Source: Sphaerodactylus townsendi (Eukaryota). Taken from it: DNA of 64,000 nucleotides. The stretch covers positions 21,080,001 through 21,144,000 of the forward strand of contig NC_059438.1 of NCBI RefSeq assembly GCF_021028975.2. The letters run 5' to 3'. Of the stretch, positions 12,001 to 22,889 are shown one piece after another; position 1 is the first letter of the stretch, and each line of letters begins with the position of its first letter. The notes beneath the pieces were generated by a model, which worked only from the letters and a program-made list of their open reading frames with translations, did not search any database and was not told where the DNA came from. A program made the translations under genes and the position numbers.

Positions 12001-13950
12001 CTGAGAGTGTGTGACTGGCCCAAGGTCACCCAGCAAGTTACACGGGGTGAGCAGGGTTTGAACCTGGGATTCCCAAGTCCTATCTAATACCTTAATAACT
12101 ACACCAAGCTGGCTCTCCTAGACCACATTAATGATTGGAAAAAAATCACCAAAGGACACATTTTCTTTACTGTTTAATTAAGGAAATGTACACTAAGTAA
12201 TGATGTTAACACTTTTAACTTCACTCATCTGATACAAGTATTTATCCCAGATGTTGATCAACGTTCCCCTTTAACTCCTTCCCAGATCTCTTCCCTCCTT
12301 TCACCTCTTAATTCCAACTACTAGCATAGGTAGAGGACTGTAAATGGGAGTGGGGAAAATAGCCTTGAATGGCTAGAAGACAGGTCTAAGCCTACAACAT
12401 GTTGTCTATCCCTTGTTCATTTTGCTTACTTCACTTCATGTTTTAAATATTATATGAAAGATTAGATTATATTTTTCAGTTTTCTGACAAGCAACAGTTT
12501 TTGGGTACAAAGTGTGTGAGAGAGACAAACAGACAACCTCCTCTGTTTCGTCCAAGACGTCACCCTTCCCTCGATTACCGCTAATGATATATTCAGCTGC
12601 CCTGTTCTCTACTTACGGGTCTGCAAGACTTTCCGGAATAAAGTTCGAGGTGTCACCATATCCAGAGCACTGGATTTTTGATAATCACGGAAACTGCCCT
12701 GTAGAGAACACATTACAGACACTGAAATTAGGCCATTTATTTAGACAATGTAACTGTATTTCTATCTTTGGTGCTCTTGTTTTTTTCATGTATGGATCTT
12801 GGGAATATTTGTTCTTGGAACTCTGTTTTTGTGCTCTCCAAGTTTCACTAGGAATAGATAGAGACATTCCCAGATTGTGTGGATGGTTGAATTCCTCTGA
12901 GTAAATATGCTGTCCAGTGGAAGAGCCCCTATGGGATATGTAAAGCCTAGATCTGGTGTACATTGGTCTATTCTTCTAAACATAACTCTCCGCATGTCAT
13001 AATTGAACCAACACCCAGAGTATTGTCTTTGTGACAAGGCTTAAGCTGTGCTGCCGAACTGCTTATGTAAACCAACTGCAATTTTTGTCCATCTGTATCT
13101 TATCTTGTCATGCCAATAAAGGTTTTGTTATGCCAATAAAGGTTTTGTATTGTATTTAGACAACGTATTTGCCACTTCTCCAGAAACATGCTGGTGGCAG
13201 CATGCAACACAGAAATAATGTGACAATAAAACTATCAAAAGAAGAGGACAGCCTGGCACATTTGCAATTGCAACCCCTATGTTCAGAAGGGGATGACCCA
13301 GAAAGGGGTGGAGACTGAAAGCAGCAGAAGGTTGCCGAACTCATGGAGTTGGCGGAAGCAAGGCTACCAGGCTGGGACCTTGAGAGATCATTGTAAGCTC
13401 TTAACACCTTGTTTAAGATAACTGCAATGTTGTTGGGAACTAGTAGGGAGGGAGATGGGTTTGTTTGTTTGGCTATATTGTAAATGTTGGAATGTATTGT
13501 TTCAGGGCTTTTTGTGTGTGTAATTGGTGAGAGTTCTTTTGGAGACCATCCTCATCTCAAATCCAGTACACCAAGCCTCTGGAGTCTTCATGGGCCACCC
13601 ACTTGCAGGAAGAAATTGACCTGGCATTATGGGACTGTAATTGGAAGGACCTGAAATGAAACTTAGACAGGACCTTGAATTATGTTAAATGTTAATGTTT
13701 GATAAGTGTTATATCTTAAAGGAAAAGTAAACAGTTTTGTTTAAAATTTAGTTGTTGCAAAGTCCTTCCAAGTTCTGCCCCACAGATCCCGTACGTACGC
13801 TGAAGTTACACAATCGTATTTGCAAACAGCAAACCCACAACAGACAATCAGACGGCTACTCCCCAGCACATCCCTTCCTACCTTCGCCAGCCGCAGGGAA
13901 CGCCTCTTCGGCTGTTCCACGGGCCCGCGGGACTTCCTGCGAGCGGCCAT
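1..13950 (-). CDS. CENPT: Centromere protein T gene, 5' part (multi-exon; C-terminal histone fold lies beyond the left edge)
   Basis: GT-AG exons with consistent phases: 13950-13882, 12698-12617, 11002-10897, 9656-9520, 9155-9122, 7283-7138, 6688-5867, 1869-1663, 95-<1. The protein has [19 protein letters not shown] (Ndc80-binding-type motif), [13 protein letters not shown] and [13 protein letters not shown]...GLIRRRK, resembling vertebrate CENP-T. Syntenic with THAP11/NUTF2/EDC4. Confidence 0.9.
425..669 (-). mobile_element. tRNA-derived SINE (Sauria SINE-like)
   Basis: tRNA-like head (GTGGTGTAGTGGTT...GGTTTGAATCCC) on the minus strand; 3' GCCATAAGTCAG tail; related copy at 11862-12116. Confidence 0.7.
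1663..1869 (-). CDS. CENPT: CENPT linker exon ([14 protein letters not shown]...EEEPSSSKG)
   Basis: ctgtttAG / GTAAGC, phase 1 to 1, open. Confidence 0.7.
2005..4100 (+). mobile_element. 5'-truncated CR1 LINE (ORF2 reverse transcriptase region, 3' UTR, (TTCTTATG)n tail)
   Basis: RT motifs ([33 protein letters not shown]); frameshift near 3127, stop at 3442-3444; octamer tail; ACTAGTA at 1999-2005 and 4101-4107 is the probable TSD. Confidence 0.95.
4409..4554. mobile_element. Palindromic hAT-type MITE
   Basis: Near-perfect hairpin, CAGTGGTGGCGAACC termini, 8-bp TSD ACCTAGGG. Confidence 0.9.
4775..4972 (+). mobile_element. tRNA-derived SINE, second family (related copies ~42375-42570, ~52325-52500, ~54895-55055, head only ~27345-27415)
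   Basis: TCAGTGGTAGAGC A-box, GGTTCAATCCC B-box, GGACCAATGGTCTGATTCAGTATAA tail. Confidence 0.7.
5867..6688 (-). CDS. CENPT: CENPT large acidic linker exon containing a 12-aa tandem repeat
   Basis: 822-nt open frame, ccaacAG / GTATGT, phase 1 to 1. Confidence 0.8.
5897..6222 (-). repeat. Coding minisatellite, ~9 x 36 bp (consensus QEGLHGDHLMEL)
   Basis: Periodicity visible in DNA and protein; higher-order 108-bp duplication. Confidence 0.95.
7138..7283 (-). CDS. CENPT: CENPT exon ([12 protein letters not shown]...[18 protein letters not shown])
   Basis: ttttcccAG / GTGAGT; resembles the Mis12C-recruiting region. Confidence 0.85.
9122..9155 (-). CDS. CENPT: CENPT 34-nt micro-exon ([12 protein letters not shown])
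   Basis: tttaaAG / GTGAGT; phase 1 to 2; SLTR|SL junction as in other CENP-T proteins. Confidence 0.8.
9520..9656 (-). CDS. CENPT: CENPT exon (DLDISL...[20 protein letters not shown])
   Basis: cttAG / GTATGT; similar to the RLRLSVFQQGVD segment of human CENP-T. Confidence 0.85.
10897..11002 (-). CDS. CENPT: CENPT exon ([11 protein letters not shown]...RKANDS)
   Basis: ttaacAG / GTATGT; phase 1 to 2 bridges its neighbours. Confidence 0.8.
11862..12116 (-). mobile_element. tRNA-derived SINE (Sauria SINE-like)
   Basis: Homologous to 425-669. Confidence 0.65.
12617..12698 (-). CDS. CENPT: CENPT exon ([27 protein letters not shown])
   Basis: ctctacAG acceptor, GTAAGT donor; TPR-L-R-L motif. 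Confidence 0.85.
13882..13950 (-). CDS. CENPT: CENPT first coding exon ([23 protein letters not shown])
   Basis: ATG in a CpG-rich region; AAG|GTAGG donor, phase 0, matches the next exon. Confidence 0.7.
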
Positions 13951-14170
13951 GACTCTTCTGCCTCCCCGGACGGCCGCCTGAAGCAACGGCGGTGACAGTT
14001 ACGCAGCCCTGACAGAAACAAGGCGGACCGAAGGCCGGACGGTTAAAAGCTTTCTCTCTCCCGCTCAGAGATTCAACCAGGGGCTCGCAAAGTCTCGCGA
14101 TACTTCTCCTGTGGGCGGGGTTGCGTTTCTCGCTGGGAAACGTAGTTCTGGTGGCGGCCACTTAGGAAGC
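13900..14170 (-). promoter_or_regulatory. CENPT CpG promoter with ACTAC-N3-CCCA (THAP11/ZNF143) and TCTCGCGA (BANP-like) motifs
   Basis: CpG-rich; AACTACGTTTCCCAG (minus strand, 14133-14147); TCTCGCGA at 14093-14100; GC box. Confidence 0.65.
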
Positions 14171-14617
14171 AGAGTTCTACTGCCGGAAACTTCAACAATT
14201 GAAGTCCTAAATGATGCCTTCCCTTAAAAGGGAAACTGATGCAGGATTAATGAATCTTAACCGAAGTAGCAGCGGTTGATAATAATCCAAGGCCCTGTTT
14301 TGGTATACACCCAAGAGGGGCAGGATTAACTGTGCATTCTTTACATTTGCCGTGGCTGTTTTATTAAATGCTTCCTAGAAATGTTTTCCACACTGGTGAA
14401 CACACATTTTTCAATGGTAACAGTGGAAAAAGTTATTTCATTTCTGGTTCGTCTTAACCTAGAAAGCACAAGACAGGTAACAAAAACTAGAAGTCAGCTC
14501 TAAAAAGTATTTTAACTGGAAGCCTCCTACAGATATAGATAGCCTTTAATCGTAGATGCAGTTCTATGCATAGTATATATACATTTACCTCAGAGAGCAC
14601 AAGCCCTATTGAACTAA

Positions 14618-14752
14618 GGTCCACACATGCAGAATAATGCACTTTCAATCCACTTTCACAATTGTTTGCAAGTAGATTTTGCTATTCCGCACAGTAAAAT
14701 CCAGCTGCAAAGTGCATTGAAAGTGCATTATTCTGCATGTGCAGAAGGGGCC
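14618..14752. mobile_element. Short PIF/Harbinger-type MITE
   Basis: Inverted arms (CACATGCAGAATAATGCACTTTCAAT / ATTGAAAGTGCATTATTCTGCATGTG) with TAA on both flanks. Confidence 0.7.
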
Positions 14753-15479
14753 TAAATGACTAACAGTGCAATCGGGGGGGGGGGGGGCCCACAGGGGGTG
14801 GTATGACCCTTGTGGCAGCGCAAACAGTCCTTATGTCAGCATAAGTACCAGTTATGTTGGTGCAAGTGGGATGTACTCCAGAGCAGGGCTTCAGCATAAC
14901 TGTGTGGTATCTGCATTGGTGTAATGTGTGGCAGCCATGCACGAGTGTGTCTGGGGTGCAGGGGTCCTGCACTGGTGTCCAAGGTTCGTTCCTGGGTGTG
15001 GGGGAAGCTGTAACGCTACTCCCTGAGCAGTTTGGATGTGGGAATCCATGCTTTCCTCAGCACATAGCTGCACCAGCAAAACTATTGGTGCAGCCCATAG
15101 GCCGCCACTATGAGAAGGAACAGAGTCCTTTGGCACGCTGCCAGCCAAAGCACCCACCTCCCCCCACCCCCAGGAAGACGGGAAAGACCCCATAAAGTAG
15201 GATACACAGCAGGGGACGCTGTCTGAGAGCGACCTGTCATCGGGTTTTAGAGCAAGAAGGTCGCGGGAAAGCACAGAGGGAGCACTGGGCGCTTGGGGGC
15301 AGCCTACCCAGGATATAACAAAATATAATAAATCGTAAACTCTGTATATATGTGCGGGTGAGGGGGGGGGGGAGAGAGAAAGAATGGTGGTGCAGCTGCT
15401 GCAGCAGAGTTGCTGTGGTATCCAGAGGAGAAAACCCCTCCTCATTACTGGAGAAGGCGCCCTCCTGTTCAGCAGCAGC

Positions 15480-15953
15480 AGCGGGAGAGGGAGAAATACG
15501 AGGCCAACTGCATTGTGGGTATCGTAGTTCCCGTTGCATTCTGGACGAGGAGTTCACCCCTTGGAGAGGAGACCTCAAAGACTACAAGGAAGTCGGTGGT
15601 CACAACCCGCAAAGAGAAGATGCGACTCTCATTTCTACTTTTCCACCCGCCAGGGAGCGAAGAACACCTAGTGGAGAAAGCAGGGCCTGCAAACTCGCCG
15701 CGCTACCCCTTGTGGGAAACGTAGTTCCGGTGCGCGGCGCCGTAGTGCATTGTGGGGCGGGTAGTTCCGCTTCCTGTGGCGCTGTAGGGCGCAGCAACAG
15801 CGCGGCGGCGGCGATAACGGCGGCGGCAATAGCGGAGCTCTCGCTTTCCGTCTCGGGAGGCCTTGTGGGATCTGTAGTCCCGCCCGCCTCGGTCCCGCCG
15901 AGGGAGGAGGAGGAGCAGCAGGCGGGGTGGGGGCGAGCGATAAATAACACGCC
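15480..15953 (+). promoter_or_regulatory. THAP11 CpG-island promoter / 5' UTR with four THAP11-ZNF143 motifs
   Basis: Motifs at 15510-15530, 15711-15728, 15747-15768 and 15864-15880. Confidence 0.75.
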
Positions 15954-16727
15954 ATGCCGGGCTTCACGTGCTGCGTGCCGGGCTGCTACAACAATTCGCA
16001 CCGGGATAAGGCGCTCCATTTCTACACGTTCCCGAAGGATGTGGAGCTGCGCCGCCTGTGGCTGAAGAACGTGTCGCGGGCCGGCGTGAGCGGCTGCTTC
16101 AGCACTTTCCAGCCCACCACGGGCCACCGCGTCTGCTCCGAGCACTTCCCCGGCGGGCGCAAGTCCTACCTGGTGCGCGTGCCCACCATCTTCCCCCTCC
16201 GGGGCGTCAACGAACGCAAAGGTGCCCGCGGGGCTCGCCGCGCCCGCCACGCCCCCCAGCACACCGCGGCTGCCGCCGGCCAAGCCGCGGTGTTGCTCAC
16301 CTTGCAGCAAGAGGGAGCCCTCGAGCAGGGTGGACAAGTGCCTCGAGCCGGAGGGGGACCCGAGGATGTCAAGCCCATCGATCTGACCGTGCAGGTGGAG
16401 CTGGGGGGTCCCGATGTTGCCGGGGCGATCAGCACCCCAGTCAGGCTGGCCTTGCTGGCCGCCAATGGACCCCTGTTGGACGGTGGGGGCCCGCCAGACC
16501 ACTCATACTCGCTGTCTTCGGGCACCACGTCCGAAGAGTTGTTGCGTAAGCTGAACGAACAGAGGGATATCATTGCCCTGCTGGAGGTGAAGATGAAGGA
16601 GATGAAGGGCAGCATCCGCCGCCTGCGCCTGGCCGAAGCGCAGCTCCGCGAAGAGATCCGGGAGAAGGACCGCCTGCTGCATGCCGCCAGCGCCACGGGG
16701 GGAGCTCGCAAGCGCCACGGTCTCTGA
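15954..16727 (+). CDS. THAP11: THAP domain-containing protein 11 (Ronin), single exon, 257 aa
   Basis: THAP C2CH zinc finger ([18 protein letters not shown]...VCSEHF...VPTIF), HCF-1-binding motif DHSY, C-terminal coiled coil; Kozak GCCATGC. Confidence 0.98.
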   Translation: MPGFTCCVPGCYNNSHRDKALHFYTFPKDVELRRLWLKNVSRAGVSGCFSTFQPTTGHRVCSEHFPGGRKSYLVRVPTIFPLRGVNERKGARGARRARHAPQHTAAAAGQAAVLLTLQQEGALEQGGQVPRAGGGPEDVKPIDLTVQVELGGPDVAGAISTPVRLALLAANGPLLDGGGPPDHSYSLSSGTTSEELLRKLNEQRDIIALLEVKMKEMKGSIRRLRLAEAQLREEIREKDRLLHAASATGGARKRHGL

Positions 16728-19271
16728 GGGCATACCTGACACTTCCTCTCTCTCCAACACATACTCGCACTCTTGTATGCACATGATTGGGTTCTTGGTC
16801 TTCAGAAAATTGCTCATATCTGCAGGACAGGGCAAATATAGACCCACCTGGAATTGATTTTGACTGCAAAGACAGGCCAAAGAAGCCTCTGTGGGTAAGA
16901 GGCCATTGTGAGGACAATTTGTGTTGCATTGATGTGGCATCGCTCCTTCAGTTACAACTCTGGCCCTTTAGTCAGACTTACACTGGGGCAGGCAGCACGC
17001 CAGATCTAAACTCTGCTCTGGCAATGGTTTTACCTTCTGTAAAGGGAGCCTAGGCTGGTGTGTGAGCAGGCCCACACTGAACTGGACTTACACATTTTCC
17101 TTTTACATGTTCCTCTAAGACAGTGACCCACATAGACTTAGCTACAATCACAACACTTTTGAACTAAGCTGGGTACTTTTTGTGTTGCTGGATCCCACCC
17201 TAAAGCTGTAGTCTTTGCATTACGTGACTGTTCAGAGCATTGATGTCAAGACAAGCAGCTGGTCTGGTATTCAGCGATTCTGATGAAACTGGTCCATTTC
17301 AAGCAACCCTGGGAAAATGATGTATCTGGTAAAGTTGAGTAGATGAAGCACTATGACATCAAGCCACCAACTGTCAAATTGTGTTTGGGGGAACAGGGAG
17401 TAATTTCCTGGACAAGCACACCTAGGCTGTAAACCATGTATGCTGAAGTAATCTAACAGAAGTTGGAATGGTATCTTTTGGCATTTATACCAGGATTAAT
17501 CCACAGTCAATGACTTATGGAGTGATGCCTTAGAAACCATGGTTGTTGGTGCATTCTGTTTGCCCTTCTTTACAATAGATAATAGAAAATTTGAATGATT
17601 TTCCCCCCTTCCCAGCAAAAAGCTGATATGGAGTATGCCATTTCTGGTGTCAGAATTCATTCTTACAATTAAAGAGGGCGACTGGAGTATGTAGTTAGTA
17701 TCCTTGAATTGTAGTTGCTGTTCTCTCCCCACTCTGTTTCTCTTTCCCAGTGCTTGTAGACATTATTGTGGCTGTGCCATAGTTGGATAGCTCCATGCCC
17801 TGTGTAGCATTCAACAGTTGCTTCTTATTTCTCTTCTGCAAATACTTGAGTCTCCTCTTGTGTAACCAGTGCTGTACGGTATATTTAATTTTCACTTGGA
17901 GTGATCTGAGGTGTAATCTAGCTAACAGCAAAAGAGGAATGAAGTTAATTTTCACTGGTGGTTGCAGATCCTCCTGAATTCCAAAAAAGTCCAGCAGCGA
18001 CTCTGGCCTCAAAAGCCCTTCTCAGTTCTATAAGCATGAGTGTCTTTGTGAGAAAGAGCTTCCCGTCTGAATGGGTAATACCCAGCTTGCATTTCCATGG
18101 ACATTATCCCTGTTAAAAATGGGACAGAATAAAAGGACGGTTCTACAGGCTGGTTTGGGATTGTCAGAAATGTGATGGCCCTTCTCTGGCTGTTCAATTG
18201 TGTAGTATCAAACAGAAGCTTCTGTTTAATGTGGTCAGTGCAGTGATTCATACAAGCAGTCTACCATGATATTTGCTCCATGCAAACTATGCAGAAGTTG
18301 CCTGGATTTTGAATTTTCACTGAGGCAGTGAAGAACAATTAAAATGAATGGCTAGAGCCTTGATTTACCTTTCTGCTTTTAAATTAAAATGCATACTTGC
18401 ATAAAATAGGAATTGAATCATATGGTTTGAGCATCATGAATTTAGTTGGAGCTAGGAGTTGCTTGGATTGATCGATGTCCGGATAGCCACCTGTCCAATT
18501 ATTCTATTTTTTGGCTTTTGATGAGATACCAGAAATATTTTAATAACTGCAAGAATGTATTACTAAAATTTGTTCAACATCCACTGTGCAGCAAAGAACT
18601 TCCCTATCCCCCCAACCAGGGTGGGATTGTTTCTCCTAAAATATTAAAACATTTCAAATGTACATTTCCTTACAGATCTTATGTATCTCTTGCTCCTTAT
18701 GTAGATCATAAGACCTGTCTTAATTGTTTCCAGCACTGACTGTGTGCTTTGTTGGGGGATATGGTAATGGAACAGAAACCCTAATCTTACTTTGGACTTC
18801 ATGGATGCTCTGCTGTAACCACTGAAGAACTGGTCTGTTCTTTGAAAAACATTGTGAACTGTGTCCATTTGTTAACTTGCTAGAATGCAAATCATTTTTA
18901 ATCATTATTTTTGGATTTCTTAACTAACTTTTGTTGAAGCTTAGCAGCTGGGGCAGGCAGTTACCATCCGATCGGCTCCAGAGCATTTGAGATATAGGTT
19001 GTGTTTTGTTCACATACCTCTCATTTTGCTCTGATGTACAACCGTGCAGTTACTGGGCAGCACACTGGTTTTCTCACTTTGTAAATAAGACTGCGCATTC
19101 TAGCTGGCTGAGAGTGTTTCGAAAGTGTATGTTGTGACAGTTGTGGTACTTTTCTACCATCATTCTGCACTAAATAATATGTTCAGTTGCTTAGATGGCT
19201 GGACTAGTTTATCTGTTGGACTGTTCTATTTTCCTGGTTATTCTGAGGTGCTAACAAACATGCTTAATTTG

Positions 19272-19277
19272 AATAAA
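19272..19277 (+). terminator. Probable THAP11 polyadenylation signal (implies a ~2.5-kb 3' UTR)
   Basis: AATAAA followed by a U/GU-rich tract at the end of a TE-free stretch. Confidence 0.5.
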
Positions 19278-19942
19278 GTCTATTTTGTTTTGTTATGTTT
19301 TATTTTGGATTGTACAATTTGTCAGTGATGCATTGAAGATTTTTAATGTTGTCACCACATTATCCCCATGTGACACTACATTGTCACCCCATTGATAACA
19401 TATATTTCACTGCTTGGGGCCGGAGGGCGGGAAATCTACTGATTGTCTGAGTTAAAGGACTTTCGTATACAACACACTTTCTTCGAGATTGCAATGATGA
19501 TGATTACAAGCCAGCTCATCCCTTAACCTTTTTAATCAGTTGCGCAGGTTGACATATAGTACCTGTTTGTTCAGGTTGCACAGAACTCACAGTATCACTT
19601 TAATCTCTCTCCCCCACCTCACATGTGAATTGGTGGAAATTGCTACAGTATCCAGTAGCATTGTAATCAATTTTGCCTTTGGAATGAAAATTGATTTTCT
19701 TACTCTACTTGCTGCCCATGTTTAATTGGCAGGCTGGTTTAACTATCCCCCCTTCCCCCCTTTTCATGCTGGAAATTCAGATTGCAATATTGGTGAACAG
19801 TGATTCCACACAGCATCTTCACAGAATTTAGGATCTCCGTCCCCGCATACAGTACAAAGGCGTAAGTTCTGAGAGTAGTTAGGCAGGCAGCCTTGCATTC
19901 TTATAATTTACAGCTAGCTGTCAAACTCTACATTGTTTATAT

Positions 19943-20140
19943 CAGCGGCTCTCAATCTGTGGGTCGCGACCCCTTTGGGGGTTGAACAACCCTTTCACAT
20001 GGGTCGCCTAAGACCATCAGAAAACACATATTTCTGATGGTCTTAGGAACTGAGACACCAATAATTTTATGGTTGGGGGTCACCACAACATGAGGAACTG
20101 TATTAAAGGGTCGCAGCATTAGGAAGGTTGAGAACCACTG
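19943..20140. mobile_element. SPIN (hAT) non-autonomous element, URR1-like
   Basis: CAG(C/T)GGTTCTCAACC-type TIRs; internal GGGGGTCACCACAACATGAGGAACTGTATTAAAGGGTCGCAGCATTAGGAAGG; perfect 8-bp TSD GTTTATAT. Confidence 0.85.
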
Positions 20141-20638
20141 GTTTATATTATTGATGTTTTAATGTCAATTAATGGAAATTATACATATTTTCCTGTACAT
20201 AGTTGGGTCAATATCAGCACCCCGAGAATCAAATGTTTAAAGCATGTTTCTAGCTGTTATGAATACAAAATAAGTCTTGAAAGGCTTGCTGAAATCTTGG
20301 AAGCTGGGGAAACTATCTTCATTGATCCTTTCTCTTCTCTCTGTGGGCAAATAAAGTATGCAGAAGAAGTACTGTATGTGTGCTGTCAAGTCACAGTTGG
20401 TTTATGGTGACTCTGAAGGGTTTTCAAGGCAAAAGACATTCAGAGGTAGTTTGCCATTGCCTGCCTCTGCATTAGATGAGAGTTCTGAGAGAACAGTGAC
20501 TGGCCCAATGTCACCCTGCAGGCTTCATGTGGAGCAGTGGGCAATCAAACCTGGATCTCCAGATTAGAGTCCATTGCCCCTTAACCACTATACCATAAGT
20601 ATACGTATGCATATAAGCTTCATTTGTACAACCTATGC

Positions 20639-20786
20639 CAGGTGTAGGGAACCTGCGGCTCTCCAGATGTTCAGGAACTACAATTCCCATCAGCCTCTGT
20701 CAGCATGGCCAATTGGCCATGCTGGTAGGGGCTGATGGGAATTGTAGTTCCTGAACATCTGGAGAGCCGCAGGTTCCCTACCCCTG
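20639..20786. mobile_element. Palindromic hAT-type MITE (related subfamily)
   Basis: Hairpin, 8-bp TSD ACCTATGC. Confidence 0.9.
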
Positions 20787-21149
20787 ACCTATGCAGTTCC
20801 TTATAAGTGGCTTCCACACAGTATATTTATAATGAGTTGAAGTTGTTATAAATGAACTTGTTTCCTGGGAAAATGAGTTCATTTATAATGAATGAAATTC
20901 GCTATAAATACCGGTATGCTGTACTTAATCCACCATAGTCCCCTGAAAAGTTCAGATTTTGCACAATCTTTATGAACTGATCATAGCTATCTCCTAACAT
21001 TATTATTGTGCAACCTGACTATTTTTTTTACCAGGTCTGTCATAAGAAGGGAATTTTCACAGAACTCATTCTTGTGTGTCAGTTTAATGTTCTCACCAAT
21101 TAGAGGTTACTGACAGAACTTAAAGAACCTCTTATAACTGGAATATTTC

Positions 21150-22050
21150 TTTCACCTGGAATGTTGTGTACAGTTTTGGGCATTGCAAATCAAGAAGGAT
21201 ATTGACAAGCTGGAACAAGTCCAGAGGAGGGCAACCAAAATGGTAAAGCCTACAAGGAGACACTTAGGCCGTTTCCGCACGGCCAAAAGCAGCGACGCGA
21301 TGACGTCGCAAATTGCGACGCATCCCAAAAAAAGCGTTCACACAGACAGGCGGAGCTGCGGGCGTCCGCAGCCCCGCAGAAATGTGACGGTTCGCACGGA
21401 AGCGCTGCGGAAGCGGCGTCTCGCGACGTTGCGCCTGCGCACTTGCGAAGCCGTGCAGGCCCGACGCCATTTGTGACGACAGCTCCGTGGCGGCTGTTAC
21501 GCTGAAGTCGGCGTCGATCGTCACATGGGGAAAAAGAGTGGTTTTAAGCGTTTTCTGAATACACCCGTCTTAGCGCCCGGTTTAAGCGTTTTAGCGGCGG
21601 CGCGACTGCGCCCTCCGCCGCTGCCCGTGCGAGCATCTCGCTCCTGGCAGCTTCTTTTTCCGTTCGCGGCGGCGTCATATTTTGCCCACGTCTTGAACGG
21701 CCTTAGGAAACTGGGTATGTTTGGTAAAGAGAAGGTTAAGAGGTGACATGATAGTCATGTTTAGATATTTGAAGGGATGTCATGTTGGTGAGGGAGCAAT
21801 CTTATTTTCTGCTGCTCCAGAGACTAGGACCAGGAGTAATGGGTTCAAGGTGAAGGAAACATCAGGAAAAACTTCCTAACAGTAAGGGCTGTTCGACAGA
21901 CCTCGAAGTGTGGTGGAGTCTCCTCCTTTGGAGATTTTTAAAGAGAAGCTGGATGGCCATCTGTCAGGAGTGCTTTGATTATTTGTTTCTGCATTGCAGG
22001 GGTTGGACTTGATGGCCCTTGGGGTCTCTTCCAACTCCATGATTCTATGA
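21150..22050 (+). mobile_element. Degraded CR1 3' fragment interrupted by a Harbinger-type MITE
   Basis: [18 protein letters not shown] peptide and CR1 3' end CCAACTCCATGATTCTATGATTC. Confidence 0.8.
21267..21702. mobile_element. Young CpG-rich PIF/Harbinger-type non-autonomous element
   Basis: GGCCGTT...AACGGCC termini, TTA TSD; removing it restores the CR1 sequence. Confidence 0.8.
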
Positions 22051-22889
22051 TTCCCAGCCCCATTTCTTCTCATGACAACAATAATACACTATAGGAAATT
22101 TGGGAACATAAGTAAAGATACTAGTCAAGTACAGAAGTTAAGTAGCAAGGGTTTAAAAAAAAAAACCACAAGAGGAAGACAATGCAGTATGCTAAGGTTA
22201 TGTGCCCTGACTTGGATGGGAGACCTCCAAGGAAGTCTAGGGTAGCTATACAGAGGCAGGCCATATCAAACTACATTTCTTGTCTTGAAAATCCTATGAC
22301 TTGATGGTACACTGACACACATACACACAAACAGGATAATGTGGAACAGTGGTAATAGCATCTGAGACCTGTGCACGAATCAGTTCTCTGACCTATGAAA
22401 TGCTATAATCGAAGCCTGAGGAGAGGAACATTTTAATGACTTTCATAGGGGCTGGGTTTCTATCTCTCTCAAGAACCTAAAAATTACTGCATAAAACTAC
22501 TGCATCGCTTCCATTGGTATTTAATTTTGGGAGGATAATGTGTGTTAATAAATGTGTGATATAAGTAAAATGGAAACCACTGTGAGAATACCGAATAACC
22601 TGATGAATTAGTACAATACCTTTTTCAATTTCTTGGCATGTTGGTATTAGTGTGTACAAATACATGCACAAATACTCTTAATGGATTTACATAGTTACCA
22701 TGGTTTGAGTTGCAGTGTTGGCTTCTGAGATGAGGAAGACTGAGGCAGACCACATCAGCTACTTAGGAAGCTTATTTGATATATCTTGCAATTAGGTAAG
22801 TTATCAAGTGCATAACATAATCTTAAGAACATTTAAAAGTTGTTTCCAAACATGCATGCAAAGGTGATAGGTGCAAAATTATCTTCAAG

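Noticed and set aside
12700-13500. Degraded L1/Tx1-like 3' fragments
   Set aside because: Suggestive peptide remnants and duplicated AATAAA tail only; too degraded to delimit
15352-16762. Long overlapping and antisense ORFs around THAP11 (237, 300, 198 and 163 aa)
   Set aside because: Shadows of GC-rich coding and CpG-island sequence with few stop codons; no recognisable domains
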